NCBI GenBank assembly: GCA_018238155.1
Contig: JABCTZ010000017.1
Location: 64,001-128,000, forward strand
Direction: 5' to 3'
Source: Candidatus Heimdallarchaeota archaeon
GTDB taxonomy: Archaea; Asgardarchaeota; Heimdallarchaeia; JABLTI01
DNA length: 64,000 bases
Shown: in pieces, positions 28,618-38,903 of the stretch
Layout of the letters: every line of letters begins with the position of its first letter
Position numbering within the stretch: position 1 is the first letter of the stretch
The notes under the pieces: generated by a model
The model's database searches: none
Told to the model about the DNA's origin: nothing
The model's input: the letters and a program-made list of their open reading frames with translations, nothing else
Program-made: the position numbers and the translations under genes

Positions 28618-30108
28618 ATGAATTCTCATGATGAAACAAATACACCATTGGACTCGAAAGATCAACCAATTCAAACAAGTTCTAAACTAATCGAAGTTAT
28701 TGATACCGGTATTGTTTCTCAAAGAGAATTATCCAAAGAATTGGGTTTTAAAGAAGCGTTGAGTATTGGTCTAGGAGGTACAATTGGTGGAGGAGTATTT
28801 AGTGTTCTAGGAATAGCAGTAGGTTTTGCAGGTCCTGCAGCAATTCTTTCCTTTGCTTTTGGTGGAGTCTTGGGATTACTCGTTGGTTATTCCTATGTAA
28901 AATTAGCTTTAAAATACCAATCAGCAGGTGGAAGTTATACCTATGCCCGGGAAGCCTTTGGAGAATATTTTGGCGGTGCTTTTGGTTGGCTTTTATGGAC
29001 AGGTTATTTAGCTTCATGCTCATTATATGCCTATACTTTTGGTTCCTTCTTTGCACACATGATTCTCAATGAACATACATCATCGTTAGTCGTTGATATA
29101 GTCTCAGGTGTTTTTGCTGCAACTTTAATTACTCTAGCAACGGTCATTAACTTGGTTGGTGTAAAAGAAACTGGAAAATCTCAGAACATTATTGTATTAA
29201 TTAAAGTAATAATCTTGTTTGGTTTTGTAGCAATAACTATTCCTGCAGCAATAAAAAATGCCCCAGAACATTTAACTCCTTTTTTTGCTGACGGGGAAAG
29301 AAATCAGCTTGATGTTATAACTGGATTAGCAATGGCTGTAGTTGGCACATCAATATTATTTGTTGCTTTTGAAGGGATGGAATTAATTCCTAATGCTTCT
29401 GAAGAGATTCAAAACCCGGAAAAAAACATTCCTCGCTCAATTTATGGTACTGTAATAATTGCTACTATTATCTATCTCTTAGTTGCTTTTACGGCGCTGG
29501 GTGGTACAGATTATACGATTTTTGCCGGTGACCCTGAAAAAGCAGAATATGCTTTAGCTATCGCAGCAACTCCTGTGTTAGGTAAAACGGGATTCATAAT
29601 TATTACTCTTGGTGCTCTATTTTCAACTGCAAGTGCCTTTAATGCTTCTCTTTATGGTTCTTCTCGTATGACTTATGTTATGGCTCGAGATGGCATTTTT
29701 CCCCGATTCTTCAAAACTGTTTCAAAGAAAGGCCGAGTGCCTTACATTAGCATTTTATCTATCAGTGGATTAACCTTGGTATTTACTCTTGTATTAGATC
29801 TTAGGCAAATTGCTAATCTTGCAAGCTCGATATTTTTGTTATTGTTTGCAATAATATCATTATCAAGTTTAATTCTCCGTAAGAAAACAAAAGCAAACTT
29901 CATAATACCTCTTGTAGGATTCTTACTTACTACTGCCCTTTTTGGAATTTTTCTTTGGAACTTGATTGGTCAAGTTATTGTTGATGTTTCAGAGAATAAT
30001 TTTGGCGATTCATTTGTAACTATAATTCTACTACCATTACTAATTATTGTTATGACAATTGGTAGTGTTATTACAATTAAAACTCAAAAGAAGAAATTAC
30101 AAAATTAA
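28618..30108 (+). CDS. APC-family amino acid permease
   Basis: IGGGVFS, AGGSYTY, AFEGME, EEIQNPEKNIPR; about 12 TM segments. Confidence 0.9.
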   Translation: MNSHDETNTPLDSKDQPIQTSSKLIEVIDTGIVSQRELSKELGFKEALSIGLGGTIGGGVFSVLGIAVGFAGPAAILSFAFGGVLGLLVGYSYVKLALKYQSAGGSYTYAREAFGEYFGGAFGWLLWTGYLASCSLYAYTFGSFFAHMILNEHTSSLVVDIVSGVFAATLITLATVINLVGVKETGKSQNIIVLIKVIILFGFVAITIPAAIKNAPEHLTPFFADGERNQLDVITGLAMAVVGTSILFVAFEGMELIPNASEEIQNPEKNIPRSIYGTVIIATIIYLLVAFTALGGTDYTIFAGDPEKAEYALAIAATPVLGKTGFIIITLGALFSTASAFNASLYGSSRMTYVMARDGIFPRFFKTVSKKGRVPYISILSISGLTLVFTLVLDLRQIANLASSIFLLLFAIISLSSLILRKKTKANFIIPLVGFLLTTALFGIFLWNLIGQVIVDVSENNFGDSFVTIILLPLLIIVMTIGSVITIKTQKKKLQN

Positions 30109-30127
30109 TCTCCTTTGGTGAATTTGG

Positions 30128-31201
30128 TTGTCTCCCTCCAAAAATAAAAAGAAAAATCCTTTGCCAAGGAATTATCATATCTTGCGTGTTATTCTAACAA
30201 ATACCAATGCACGAACCCTTGGATTTGAAAGGAATCCAGATTTTATACCAACAGTTCTTAATTCTGTTTTAACAGAGGCTTTGATTCTGTTTTTGCAAGA
30301 TGAATCAAAGAGACTTTCTCTCCTAACGAAATATGCAAAAGAATTAGCTACAACAGACTTGAGAACTAGGCAATTACATGAAACAAAAGAAGTAGTATTC
30401 AGTTTGCGTGAAACAGATTCAACATCTGATGATGCATTAGATTTCTTACAAGAAAAATTAACGCTCCTACAAACAGAGCGTGAGAATCACGACAAGTGTA
30501 TCTTAGTAAGAATAGAGGCTTTAGAACAAATACAATCTCAAGAAACATTACTTGAAGTTATTTCTTCTTTCGTTAGTGTTTTCTCATTTATTGAAACTAA
30601 CCACTGGGAAGCCGACTTAGATTATTTCCGAACTCGATTCCTCTTACAACGAGCGCAAGAGGAAGAAGATCAACGCTTGAAAGATGAATTCTTACCTGAA
30701 GAAACTGCTGTTCAACAATCAAAAGAGGGTTCTTCTCAGAATGTTCAACAAGTGACTAAAACGGAATATTTCTTCATTGCAATACATAAGAAATATTATC
30801 TGAAATTAAAGCACTTAACTCAAGAATACAATCAGATAAAATTATTACAGCATCCTGATTCCAGTGTCTCTCTTGAGGAAAAATCAGATGACGAACTTGA
30901 GGAATTGATTGCTCAACAAGAAAAGATTAGTTTTGTAGTTGGAAAGGAGATGTATACCTTGAAACGAGAACAAGGCATTTTAACTTTGAAAACATTTGAA
31001 CTTGTTCAAACACTGAAATCAAGATTACTCAATATCACAGGTTCAATTGCATCTAGACGTTTCATGAAAGCTGCTCTAGACGATTTGCTTGTCATTGTTA
31101 ATGATTCTGGAACTACTTTCGAAACTAAAATGGAAAAAACCACTAGAGATTTGAAAAGACTTCTTCGAATAGTAAGAAAAGAACCTTCAGAAGGGAAATA
31201 A
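30128..31201 (+). CDS. Hypothetical all-helical/coiled-coil protein
   Basis: Long ORF, E/K/L/Q-rich, no recognised motif. Confidence 0.6.
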   Translation: MSPSKNKKKNPLPRNYHILRVILTNTNARTLGFERNPDFIPTVLNSVLTEALILFLQDESKRLSLLTKYAKELATTDLRTRQLHETKEVVFSLRETDSTSDDALDFLQEKLTLLQTERENHDKCILVRIEALEQIQSQETLLEVISSFVSVFSFIETNHWEADLDYFRTRFLLQRAQEEEDQRLKDEFLPEETAVQQSKEGSSQNVQQVTKTEYFFIAIHKKYYLKLKHLTQEYNQIKLLQHPDSSVSLEEKSDDELEELIAQQEKISFVVGKEMYTLKREQGILTLKTFELVQTLKSRLLNITGSIASRRFMKAALDDLLVIVNDSGTTFETKMEKTTRDLKRLLRIVRKEPSEGK

Positions 31202-31323
31202 TATGGCTTACGGTTATTGATTTGTGTTCTTTTTTTCCCTCAAAAAAAGAGTCTTTTTACAAAAATTTTTGATAACATAGTTTTAAAAGAGTAAATAACG
31301 TGTTGTTGAATCAGTGAAAAATC

Positions 31324-32895
31324 ATGACTAAATTTATGAAATTCTCTACTGGAAATAAAATTCCTGCTTCTGAGAATATTTTAGAAGATATCCCACTCGT
31401 TGGAGAGATGTCATTCAATGAATTTGATACTTCCCAAGAAGGAATTAAAGGCAAACCAATAAGCTGCTCTAACTGTGGTGCAGTCCTTACTAATATCAAA
31501 AACATCGAAACAAGTGATAAAGTTGGCACCTTTTTCAAATGCCTATTTTGTTCAACAGTAAATGTAATTGATCCAAAGGATTTACCTACAAATATTGATA
31601 TCAATATAGATTGGTATATACCTCCTGATACAACCAAAGGTGATTTTGGTATTGGAATACAAAAAGGTAATTCCCTAATCGCCGCTCTAGATGTATCGGG
31701 TTCAATGAGAGGAGCAAAACTCGAAGGTGTAAAACAGAGTTTAATTTCAACACTAAAAGCTTATTCAACATCAAAACCCGACTCAATATTTGGAATGATA
31801 ACTTTTGAGAATGCATTAAGAATTTACTCTGCAGATGGTGAAATCGTAGAGCGATTATCTGGTGATATACTCTATAATGTGAAAGAAATTGAGAAAAAAG
31901 TTGCTGGAAATAGTTGGGTAAAGAAACAATTGCCTAAAATGACTATGAAAACTGTTGCTAAAGATTGGCAAAGAACAATACAAAAAATGGTTCCCCTTGG
32001 ATATACCGCACTTGGTGCTGCAGTTGTTGCAGCAAGAATAATGTCTTTAGCTGCAGGAACAGGGCGCATTCTTCTCTTAACAGATGGAATGGCAAATAAA
32101 GGAATTGGCAGCCTTTCTGGCGCAAGTCCAGAAGGAAAGGAGTTCTACAAATCAATAGCACAAGAACTGAAAACTAATGGTGTTATTTTAGATATTGTGG
32201 GTATTGCTGGGCAAGGATCTTTAGAGCTAAAAACGTTAGCACAAATGCCAGAAATAACAGGTGGAGATTTGTTTTATGCTGACCTTTCTGAACTTTCAGA
32301 AAGCTTTTCAATGATTACGGGAGACACTCTTATTGGACGAAATGCTCGAATCAAAGTTATCGTTCCAGAAGAACTTGAACTCACTAATTTGAGTGGTGCA
32401 GGAGCACATAGATCACATCTCAAGAGTGGGGAAGATATTTCCCTTGGTGGCTTGACTAAATCTCGTTCTTTAGCTTTTGAGTTTAAAACCAAGAAAAAAG
32501 TGAAGGATCGCAAAAAAGTTCCTGTGCAAGTACAAATTCGCTATAAAGACGAAGATGACAATGAACGTCTCAAAATCGTTGAGCACGAACTCGAAGTTTC
32601 AGAAATCAAAGAGGAGCTCGAGAAAAGCCTTGATGCTGATTTAATTGCTGGTTATACTGTGCAACGAGCGGCGCAAATTATGCAAAAGGATCGGAAGAAA
32701 AGTAAGGAAATGATGAAGGGAATGCGTTCAATACTTTCTCGTGTTGCCCCACAAGCTGCTAAAGCACAAGCTTATCTTCATGAAGAGATGGAAGATCTCG
32801 ATAAAATAATCGAAATGGAAGAAAAAGGCGAAGCAAGAGCAGAAGATCAAGTGCAAGCAAGCTCTTATCGTATGGCCAAAAAGAGAAAGAAATAA
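31324..32895 (+). CDS. Sec23/Sec24-like protein (zinc finger + vWA trunk + beta-sandwich + helical domain)
   Basis: CSNCGAVL...FKCLFCSTVN zinc finger; DVSGSM; GRILLLTDGMANKGIGSL; FYKSIAQE...ILDIVG...ITGGDLFY; QVQIRYKDEDDNERLKI. Confidence 0.75.
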   Translation: MTKFMKFSTGNKIPASENILEDIPLVGEMSFNEFDTSQEGIKGKPISCSNCGAVLTNIKNIETSDKVGTFFKCLFCSTVNVIDPKDLPTNIDINIDWYIPPDTTKGDFGIGIQKGNSLIAALDVSGSMRGAKLEGVKQSLISTLKAYSTSKPDSIFGMITFENALRIYSADGEIVERLSGDILYNVKEIEKKVAGNSWVKKQLPKMTMKTVAKDWQRTIQKMVPLGYTALGAAVVAARIMSLAAGTGRILLLTDGMANKGIGSLSGASPEGKEFYKSIAQELKTNGVILDIVGIAGQGSLELKTLAQMPEITGGDLFYADLSELSESFSMITGDTLIGRNARIKVIVPEELELTNLSGAGAHRSHLKSGEDISLGGLTKSRSLAFEFKTKKKVKDRKKVPVQVQIRYKDEDDNERLKIVEHELEVSEIKEELEKSLDADLIAGYTVQRAAQIMQKDRKKSKEMMKGMRSILSRVAPQAAKAQAYLHEEMEDLDKIIEMEEKGEARAEDQVQASSYRMAKKRKK

Positions 32896-32996
32896 GCAAA
32901 ATCAAAATGAGGATATGTATCAACAATCCTCTTCTTTTCATTTTTTGTTCCATTTATTATAATTAATCAATAATTTGATTTTTATTTGAAATCTAA

Positions 32997-34265
32997 TTAT
33001 CCTTGTATATCCTTAGGGAAGTAATTTTCAAGAGTTTTTTGAGTTCTGTATATTTTGTAGGTTTTGCTTACATTTAACCATCGATCTAAAGGTAATACAA
33101 GTCGTTTCTTCAATTCTACGAATGCATTGTCCATTGAATCGAATTTCTTTGGTGGGTGTTTCAAAGCTTCTTTAGCAATTTCTCTAAATCGCCAAACACC
33201 CATTGGAACCCATTCGGGGTCAACTTCCATAAATACAAAAGCACCTGATTGTCTATTTATTTTTGTCAAGTATTCTAAAACAGGTAAGCGAGTGCAATAG
33301 TAAGCTCCACAAATTACATCAGCATATTTCTTTCGTCCTTTCCAAGTTTCCCAATCTGTTTCAGGATTACCTAAAGGAGAGATACTCCAATATTCCAATG
33401 CCTCAAACATCCAGCCGCTTGGATACAATAGGATTTGAACATTATTTCCTAGTGCTTTATGGCCAAAAAGTTGAAAATCATTTATCCAATTTTTGTTTAG
33501 TATTTGCTTCCAAAACCTTTTCCCCAATATATCATCAATTGCAGTTATTGACCATGTTGTTGGAACTAATTTTCTCCTCTTTTTCAAACCAAATAAACCG
33601 GCAGATAACAACTTAGTAATATGTCTTTGTGGGATTTTGTCATCATAGAGATTCAAAATTCCTCCTGATGCTTTTAGATCTGTATCTCCAACAATTTTAT
33701 CCACTGGTTTTGGTACCTTCGGATTTTCAGTTATTCTAGCATTTTTTAGGATTCCTGATGGACCTGAAGGTGTTGTCCTGGGAGAAAAAACGATATCTAA
33801 TTTCGGGCGTTTAATGAACGACATTTCAGTATCAATGGGTTTACCTGACATTACTAACTCTTGTGTGAGGGAAAGAATTTTTCCCGGGTCGCGTGCAGAT
33901 TTTACACTTGTTGCTGCTTTTCCACGAACAAGAGATGTCCTATAAGCAATGATTTCCTCCATTGATTTTCCTATCCAAAGATCCTCTGCATCATAAATAG
34001 ATGTATCTTGTGATGCTAAAGGTGGTACCAATGGTCCTATAGCTACTTTTGGATAACCAAATACTCCAACAAAAAAACCCGGTGGGGAAGCACCAAAGAA
34101 TTCTGTCTTTGAAAAAGTCTTTTGAATTTCAGCTATAGATTTAGCTTTTGCTAAAATTGGGCATAAGCTTTTGCCACAGAGTTTTCTAAACCCCTTACAT
34201 CTTTGACACAAATTACGATTAATCTCGGAAGGAGAGGGTTTAAAGGTGAGATTACCGGAAGGCAC
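32997..34265 (-). CDS. nreA: Archaeal DNA repair protein Nre
   Basis: CQRCKG..LCG...CP, SPPGFFVG..GYPKV, LVPT.WSITA.DD; C-terminal PIP box QKTLENYF. Confidence 0.9.
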   Translation of the reverse strand: MPSGNLTFKPSPSEINRNLCQRCKGFRKLCGKSLCPILAKAKSIAEIQKTFSKTEFFGASPPGFFVGVFGYPKVAIGPLVPPLASQDTSIYDAEDLWIGKSMEEIIAYRTSLVRGKAATSVKSARDPGKILSLTQELVMSGKPIDTEMSFIKRPKLDIVFSPRTTPSGPSGILKNARITENPKVPKPVDKIVGDTDLKASGGILNLYDDKIPQRHITKLLSAGLFGLKKRRKLVPTTWSITAIDDILGKRFWKQILNKNWINDFQLFGHKALGNNVQILLYPSGWMFEALEYWSISPLGNPETDWETWKGRKKYADVICGAYYCTRLPVLEYLTKINRQSGAFVFMEVDPEWVPMGVWRFREIAKEALKHPPKKFDSMDNAFVELKKRLVLPLDRWLNVSKTYKIYRTQKTLENYFPKDIQG

Positions 34266-34290
34266 TATCTATCACAAATTTATTACTTAA

Positions 34291-35031
34291 TTAAGTATCA
34301 AGTTCTTCTTGATGTTCTTCTTCCCCCAAAACCTCGAGTGAGCCAAGAGCACGTTCTGGTAGCTCCTCTCGTTTCATTTGTTCTTGTTCTTTTAGAAGAC
34401 GCTCTACTTCATCTTCTTCTGGTGCACTTTTCCTTTTAACATATAGTACTATGATTATTATTAAAACCATTAACCCAATGATACCAATTAACCCGTAAAT
34501 TACAACATCAAGCCAAATTCCGGCAAAAACATCAAAATGCCAAGTAAATGTTAAAGGTATCAAAGAAGCTCCGGCATACATGATTAAACTCCAATTATCC
34601 GTAGAAGGTGCCTTTACTTGAAACGTACCACTTCTCTTATTGTCAAATGGAATATCATCTGTTCTAAATAGAGGATCATATAAATAAAGCAAATCCTCAC
34701 TTGGAATTCTATCTACTGCCTGAGTTAAATTATCGCTTTCAAGCCACTTTTCAAAATTTTCAGAATCAATAATGAAAACTAGGAAAGGTGAAGATAAAAC
34801 ATCTGCTGGCATTGCTTCCCAATCTCCACTGATTGCTTGTCCTTCCTCTACATACTTTGTCACATTATGATACTCATATGAGGATAGAGTGATTTGTTCT
34901 TCAATTCTTATTGCTGTTCTTTCTATTTTCATACCGAAGGTTTGTTGTATGTTCAATTGAGATAATAAGCTCACAACGATTATTAAAGAAGCTAGTATTT
35001 TGATTCGAGACTTTTGGAAATGCATTTGCAC
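34291..35031 (-). CDS. Type I membrane protein with a GOLD/PPC-like beta-sandwich ectodomain and acidic cytoplasmic tail
   Basis: Signal peptide; GQAISGDW...VFIIDSENFEKW...TDNWSLIMY (similar to the 1174-1662 protein); TM; Glu-rich tail. Confidence 0.6.
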   Translation of the reverse strand: MQMHFQKSRIKILASLIIVVSLLSQLNIQQTFGMKIERTAIRIEEQITLSSYEYHNVTKYVEEGQAISGDWEAMPADVLSSPFLVFIIDSENFEKWLESDNLTQAVDRIPSEDLLYLYDPLFRTDDIPFDNKRSGTFQVKAPSTDNWSLIMYAGASLIPLTFTWHFDVFAGIWLDVVIYGLIGIIGLMVLIIIIVLYVKRKSAPEEDEVERLLKEQEQMKREELPERALGSLEVLGEEEHQEELDT

Positions 35032-35653
35032 AACAATCCTTGATGTTGATTTAGTAATCTGAGAATTAATTCAAGAATTTTTCTAATAGTTTCTAAAAGA
35101 AGAGAAAGAAGCGAGGGTAAGTTTCCCTCGCAAAAAGCATGTTGTTTTCTCTTTCTTCAATAAACAATTGAGGAGTTACAATATCTGAAATTATTGCAAG
35201 CATTACGTTACTCAAATATCAGGTGTTTTGTAGTTCTTGTCATGCTTGAATTTTTCCATGTTCTCTTCTTTTGTTTTTTTAGATGGGTGCTTTATTAATT
35301 TTTGAGTAGCATTATTTTCTCTTCTGAATTTCTTTTCCCTTGCTGAAGATGATTCTATATCTATTAGTTTAGATATATCAACTATAAAGGTTTACATTGT
35401 TTCTCTTTTCAGAAAGAAAAAAGCTTCTCAAGGAACTAAAAAAGAGATAAAATTATCATCTTCTTAGTCATCTTTTTTAATAATATATCGCTCAGTGAAC
35501 GTATATGTATTCAGATAGAAATTTATTATCGAAAGAATTGTTAGTCTTTAAAAGAACGGCTGTGTATATTCAATAAGACGATTGGAAGAATCGAAGAGGC
35601 TGATATTTTTCGATTGTATTATAATTATATTTAATTATTATCGAGAGATTACT

Positions 35654-37606
35654 ATGAGCAAAAAAACCGCTAAGAAGTCAGGTAAAGCAGCAAAAGATGA
35701 ACCACTAATAGATGTAGATATCAAAACAACAGCTGAAATTCCTGTCCCAACTAGGTTAATTGATCAAGTTCTCGGTCAAGGGCGATCTGTTAATTTAGTA
35801 AAGAAAGCTTCAATTCAGAGAAGAAATGTTCTATTAATTGGTGAACCTGGTACTGGAAAGAGTATGTTAGGTTCTGCAATGGCTGAACTCCTCCCACGGG
35901 AGGATTTAGAAGATATTTTATGTGTACCAAATAGAAAGGATAGCAATACTCCAAAAATTGTCACTGTTGGTTCTGGTGAAGGAAGACGTATAGTTGATCG
36001 GTATAATGAAAAAGCTTCAAAAGGTTCAAACTTAAGGATGATTTTCAGTTTAGTCATACCAATAGCAATAATGCTCTATGTTATCTTTGTTCCAGTATCA
36101 CACCCTGATCAAAGACCACAACTTATCTTAATGGGTCTTTTTGTTTCATTCTTTGCATTTATCGCAATGAGTCAATTAAGAAGTAAATCGGAAAATCTTG
36201 TCCCTAAACTTCTTGTTGATACCAGTCAGCAAACTCATGCTCCATATAATGATGCAACAGGTGCACATGCAGGTGCATTATTGGGTGATGTTCGTCATGA
36301 TCCCTTCCAAAGTGGTGGTCTGGGAACACCTGCACATGAACGTGTTGAGGCTGGGTTAATACATAAATCCCACAAAGGAGTACTTTATTGTGATGAAATT
36401 GCTACACTTGGGATGCGAACTCAACAACAACTTCTAACTGCTATGCAAGAAAAAGAATTCCAAATTACCGGTCAGAGTGAATTGAGCAGTGGAGCAATGG
36501 TTCGTACTGAACCTGTGCCTTGTGATTTTATTCTTATTGCTGCGGGAAATCTTCCTACGATGGAACAGATGCATCCTGCATTGCGCTCAAGAATTCGTGG
36601 GTATGGGTATGAAATTTATATGGATGAAGTGATGCCTGATACACTTGAAAATCGAAATAAAATCGTACGTTTCGTTGCTCAAGAAGTTTCTAAAGATGGA
36701 CGCATTCCTCATTTCTCAGTAGATGCTGTAGAAGAAGTTATCCGAGAATTTCGTAGAAGAGCCAATAAGAAAAATAGTCTTACTTTAATGTTTAGAGAGC
36801 TTGGTGGTCTCGTTCGTGCTTCTGGAGACATTGCACGAGAAGATAACGATTCAGTAACTACTATGAAACATGTTCACCGAGCAAAATCACTAGCTAGTTC
36901 TTTAGAACAACAAATAGCTGAAAAATACATTGCAAGAAGACGTGATTACCAAATTATACTTAATGAAGGTGCTCTTATTGGACGAGTGAATGGTTTAGCT
37001 GTTCTTGGATCAAGAAGTGGTATTGTAACAAATGTTGAAGCTGAAGTGACTCCTGCGTTAAGCAATCAAGAAGGAAAGATTATTGCTACTGGTAAACTAG
37101 GTGAAATTGCTCAAGAATCTGTATTGAATGTGAGTGCAATAATCAAAAAATATATTGGAATAGATATTTCTCAACACGATGTTCACGTCCAATTCTTACA
37201 AACCTACTCAGGTGTAGAAGGTGATAGTGCAAGTGTTTCTGTCGCTACTGCTGTTGTTTCTGCACTTACTGATACTCCTGTTCGTCAAGATGTTGCTATG
37301 ACTGGTTCACTATCCGTTCGTGGTGAAGTTTTACCCATTGGTGGTGCAACCTTCAAAATAGAAGCAGCTATGGAAGCAGGTATCAAAACTGTTATCATAC
37401 CCATAGGTAACTTAAGTGATGTTGTTCTTGATGCTTCACAAAGAAAACAGATAAACATCATTCCTGTTTCTCGATTCTGGGAAGTGCTTGATATAGCGTT
37501 AGCTGTTGATGATCAAGGTATTGTTGATAAATTCAAAGCAAGTGTTAGTGAATACGAATTCAAGCTTGAAGCGAAACTAAAAGAAGCAGCGAAAGGAAAG
37601 AAATAA
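35654..37606 (+). CDS. lonB: Archaeal membrane-bound ATP-dependent protease LonB
   Basis: GEPGTGKS, two TM segments within the AAA domain, HDPFQSGGL, catalytic EGDSAS and TGSLSVRGEVLPIGG..K. Confidence 0.95.
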   Translation: MSKKTAKKSGKAAKDEPLIDVDIKTTAEIPVPTRLIDQVLGQGRSVNLVKKASIQRRNVLLIGEPGTGKSMLGSAMAELLPREDLEDILCVPNRKDSNTPKIVTVGSGEGRRIVDRYNEKASKGSNLRMIFSLVIPIAIMLYVIFVPVSHPDQRPQLILMGLFVSFFAFIAMSQLRSKSENLVPKLLVDTSQQTHAPYNDATGAHAGALLGDVRHDPFQSGGLGTPAHERVEAGLIHKSHKGVLYCDEIATLGMRTQQQLLTAMQEKEFQITGQSELSSGAMVRTEPVPCDFILIAAGNLPTMEQMHPALRSRIRGYGYEIYMDEVMPDTLENRNKIVRFVAQEVSKDGRIPHFSVDAVEEVIREFRRRANKKNSLTLMFRELGGLVRASGDIAREDNDSVTTMKHVHRAKSLASSLEQQIAEKYIARRRDYQIILNEGALIGRVNGLAVLGSRSGIVTNVEAEVTPALSNQEGKIIATGKLGEIAQESVLNVSAIIKKYIGIDISQHDVHVQFLQTYSGVEGDSASVSVATAVVSALTDTPVRQDVAMTGSLSVRGEVLPIGGATFKIEAAMEAGIKTVIIPIGNLSDVVLDASQRKQINIIPVSRFWEVLDIALAVDDQGIVDKFKASVSEYEFKLEAKLKEAAKGKK

Positions 37607-37643
37607 CTTTCCAAACTCCTGTTTCTAATCTAAAAATAACAAT

Positions 37644-37670
37644 ATGCGGGTTTCCGCATTTTCTTTTTCC
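37644..37670 (+). terminator. Hairpin plus T-tract after lonB
   Basis: ATGCGG-gttt-CCGCAT-TTTCTTTTT. Confidence 0.5.
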
Positions 37671-37743
37671 TTATGTTTTCTAAAATTTTTAACCGTTTAA
37701 CTAATTAACTTGAAAGCAATTATTTACTATAGGTTTGAGTTAG

Positions 37744-38769
37744 ATGAGCAAATATCATGAAGCGTTGTATTATACTCAACAAAATGATTCCAAAATAAAA
37801 TGTAACCTTTGTCCACACAATTGCATTATTTCTCCTAATAATAAAGGAAAGTGTAATGTACGATTAAATGTGGATGGAAAGTTATATTCACTGAATTATG
37901 GTTTGTCTACTTCTGGAAGTCAAGATCCGATTGAGAAAAAACCTCTCTATCATTTTCAACCTGGAACTTGTTCCTATAGTTTTGGAACTGTTGGTTGTAA
38001 TCTATTCTGTCAATTCTGTCAAAATTGGCATATCGCTCGTGCTGACCCTGAAAATACCAAGCATAGCCTTGATTATCTTTCACCAGATGAGGCGGTTAAA
38101 TCTGCTAAGAAATCTGGTTGTCCATCCGTTGCTTATACTTACAATGAACCAATTGTTTGGTATGAATGGGTGCTAGATACCGCGAAGAAAATGAAATTAA
38201 ATGGCTTGAAGAATGTGTTAGTAACAAATGGTTATATTCAACAAGAACCATTAGAAGAGCTTTTACCATATATTGATGCTGCTAATGTAGATTTGAAAGG
38301 AGACGCTAAATTCTACAAAGAATTATGCAAAGTCTCTCATCATGAAGCTGTATTGCGAACATGCAAGTTGATGGTACAAAACAACATTCATCTCGAGATA
38401 ACTAATTTAATTGTTACTTCAAGTAATGATTCTAAAGAGCAGATTCAAGATTTGATCGATTTTATAAAAAATGAGCTGGGTGCTGAAGTTCCTTTACACT
38501 TCTCCCGTTATTATCCACAGTATAAACTTGATTTACCATCTACTCCTGTTGAGACACTTTTAATGGCTCGAGATATGGCAATTAATTCTGGATTGAAATA
38601 TGTTTATTTGGGGAATGTGCGAGATGCAGAACATAGTAATACATATTGTAAAAATTGTGGTGAACTTTTGATTAGTAGAACTGGATATTCTGTCCGTTTT
38701 CCAAACATCACCAAAGATAAAAAATGCAAAAAATGTTCTGATTTCAATTCAATTATTTGGTATGACTAG
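37744..38769 (+). CDS. amrS: AmmeMemoRadiSam system radical SAM enzyme
   Basis: CNLCPHNC, DPIEKKPLYHF, GCNLFCQFCQNW, YTYNEP, PLHFSRYYP, YVYLGNV. Confidence 0.9.
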   Translation: MSKYHEALYYTQQNDSKIKCNLCPHNCIISPNNKGKCNVRLNVDGKLYSLNYGLSTSGSQDPIEKKPLYHFQPGTCSYSFGTVGCNLFCQFCQNWHIARADPENTKHSLDYLSPDEAVKSAKKSGCPSVAYTYNEPIVWYEWVLDTAKKMKLNGLKNVLVTNGYIQQEPLEELLPYIDAANVDLKGDAKFYKELCKVSHHEAVLRTCKLMVQNNIHLEITNLIVTSSNDSKEQIQDLIDFIKNELGAEVPLHFSRYYPQYKLDLPSTPVETLLMARDMAINSGLKYVYLGNVRDAEHSNTYCKNCGELLISRTGYSVRFPNITKDKKCKKCSDFNSIIWYD

Positions 38770-38903
38770 TATTTTTCTACTATCATTATATCTAGTTTTT
38801 TTTCCCCCTCAATTCTATTTTGTATGGTTTATATAGGTGAATGAGACATGTCTATTTACCACGATGGTGGTAACTAAATAATCGTTAACGGTGGAAAAGA
38901 AAA

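Noticed and set aside
35032-35653. Long spacer before lonB as a hidden gene or ncRNA
   Set aside because: I found only a start-less Lys-rich minus-strand frame and one hairpin, with no recognisable RNA family.
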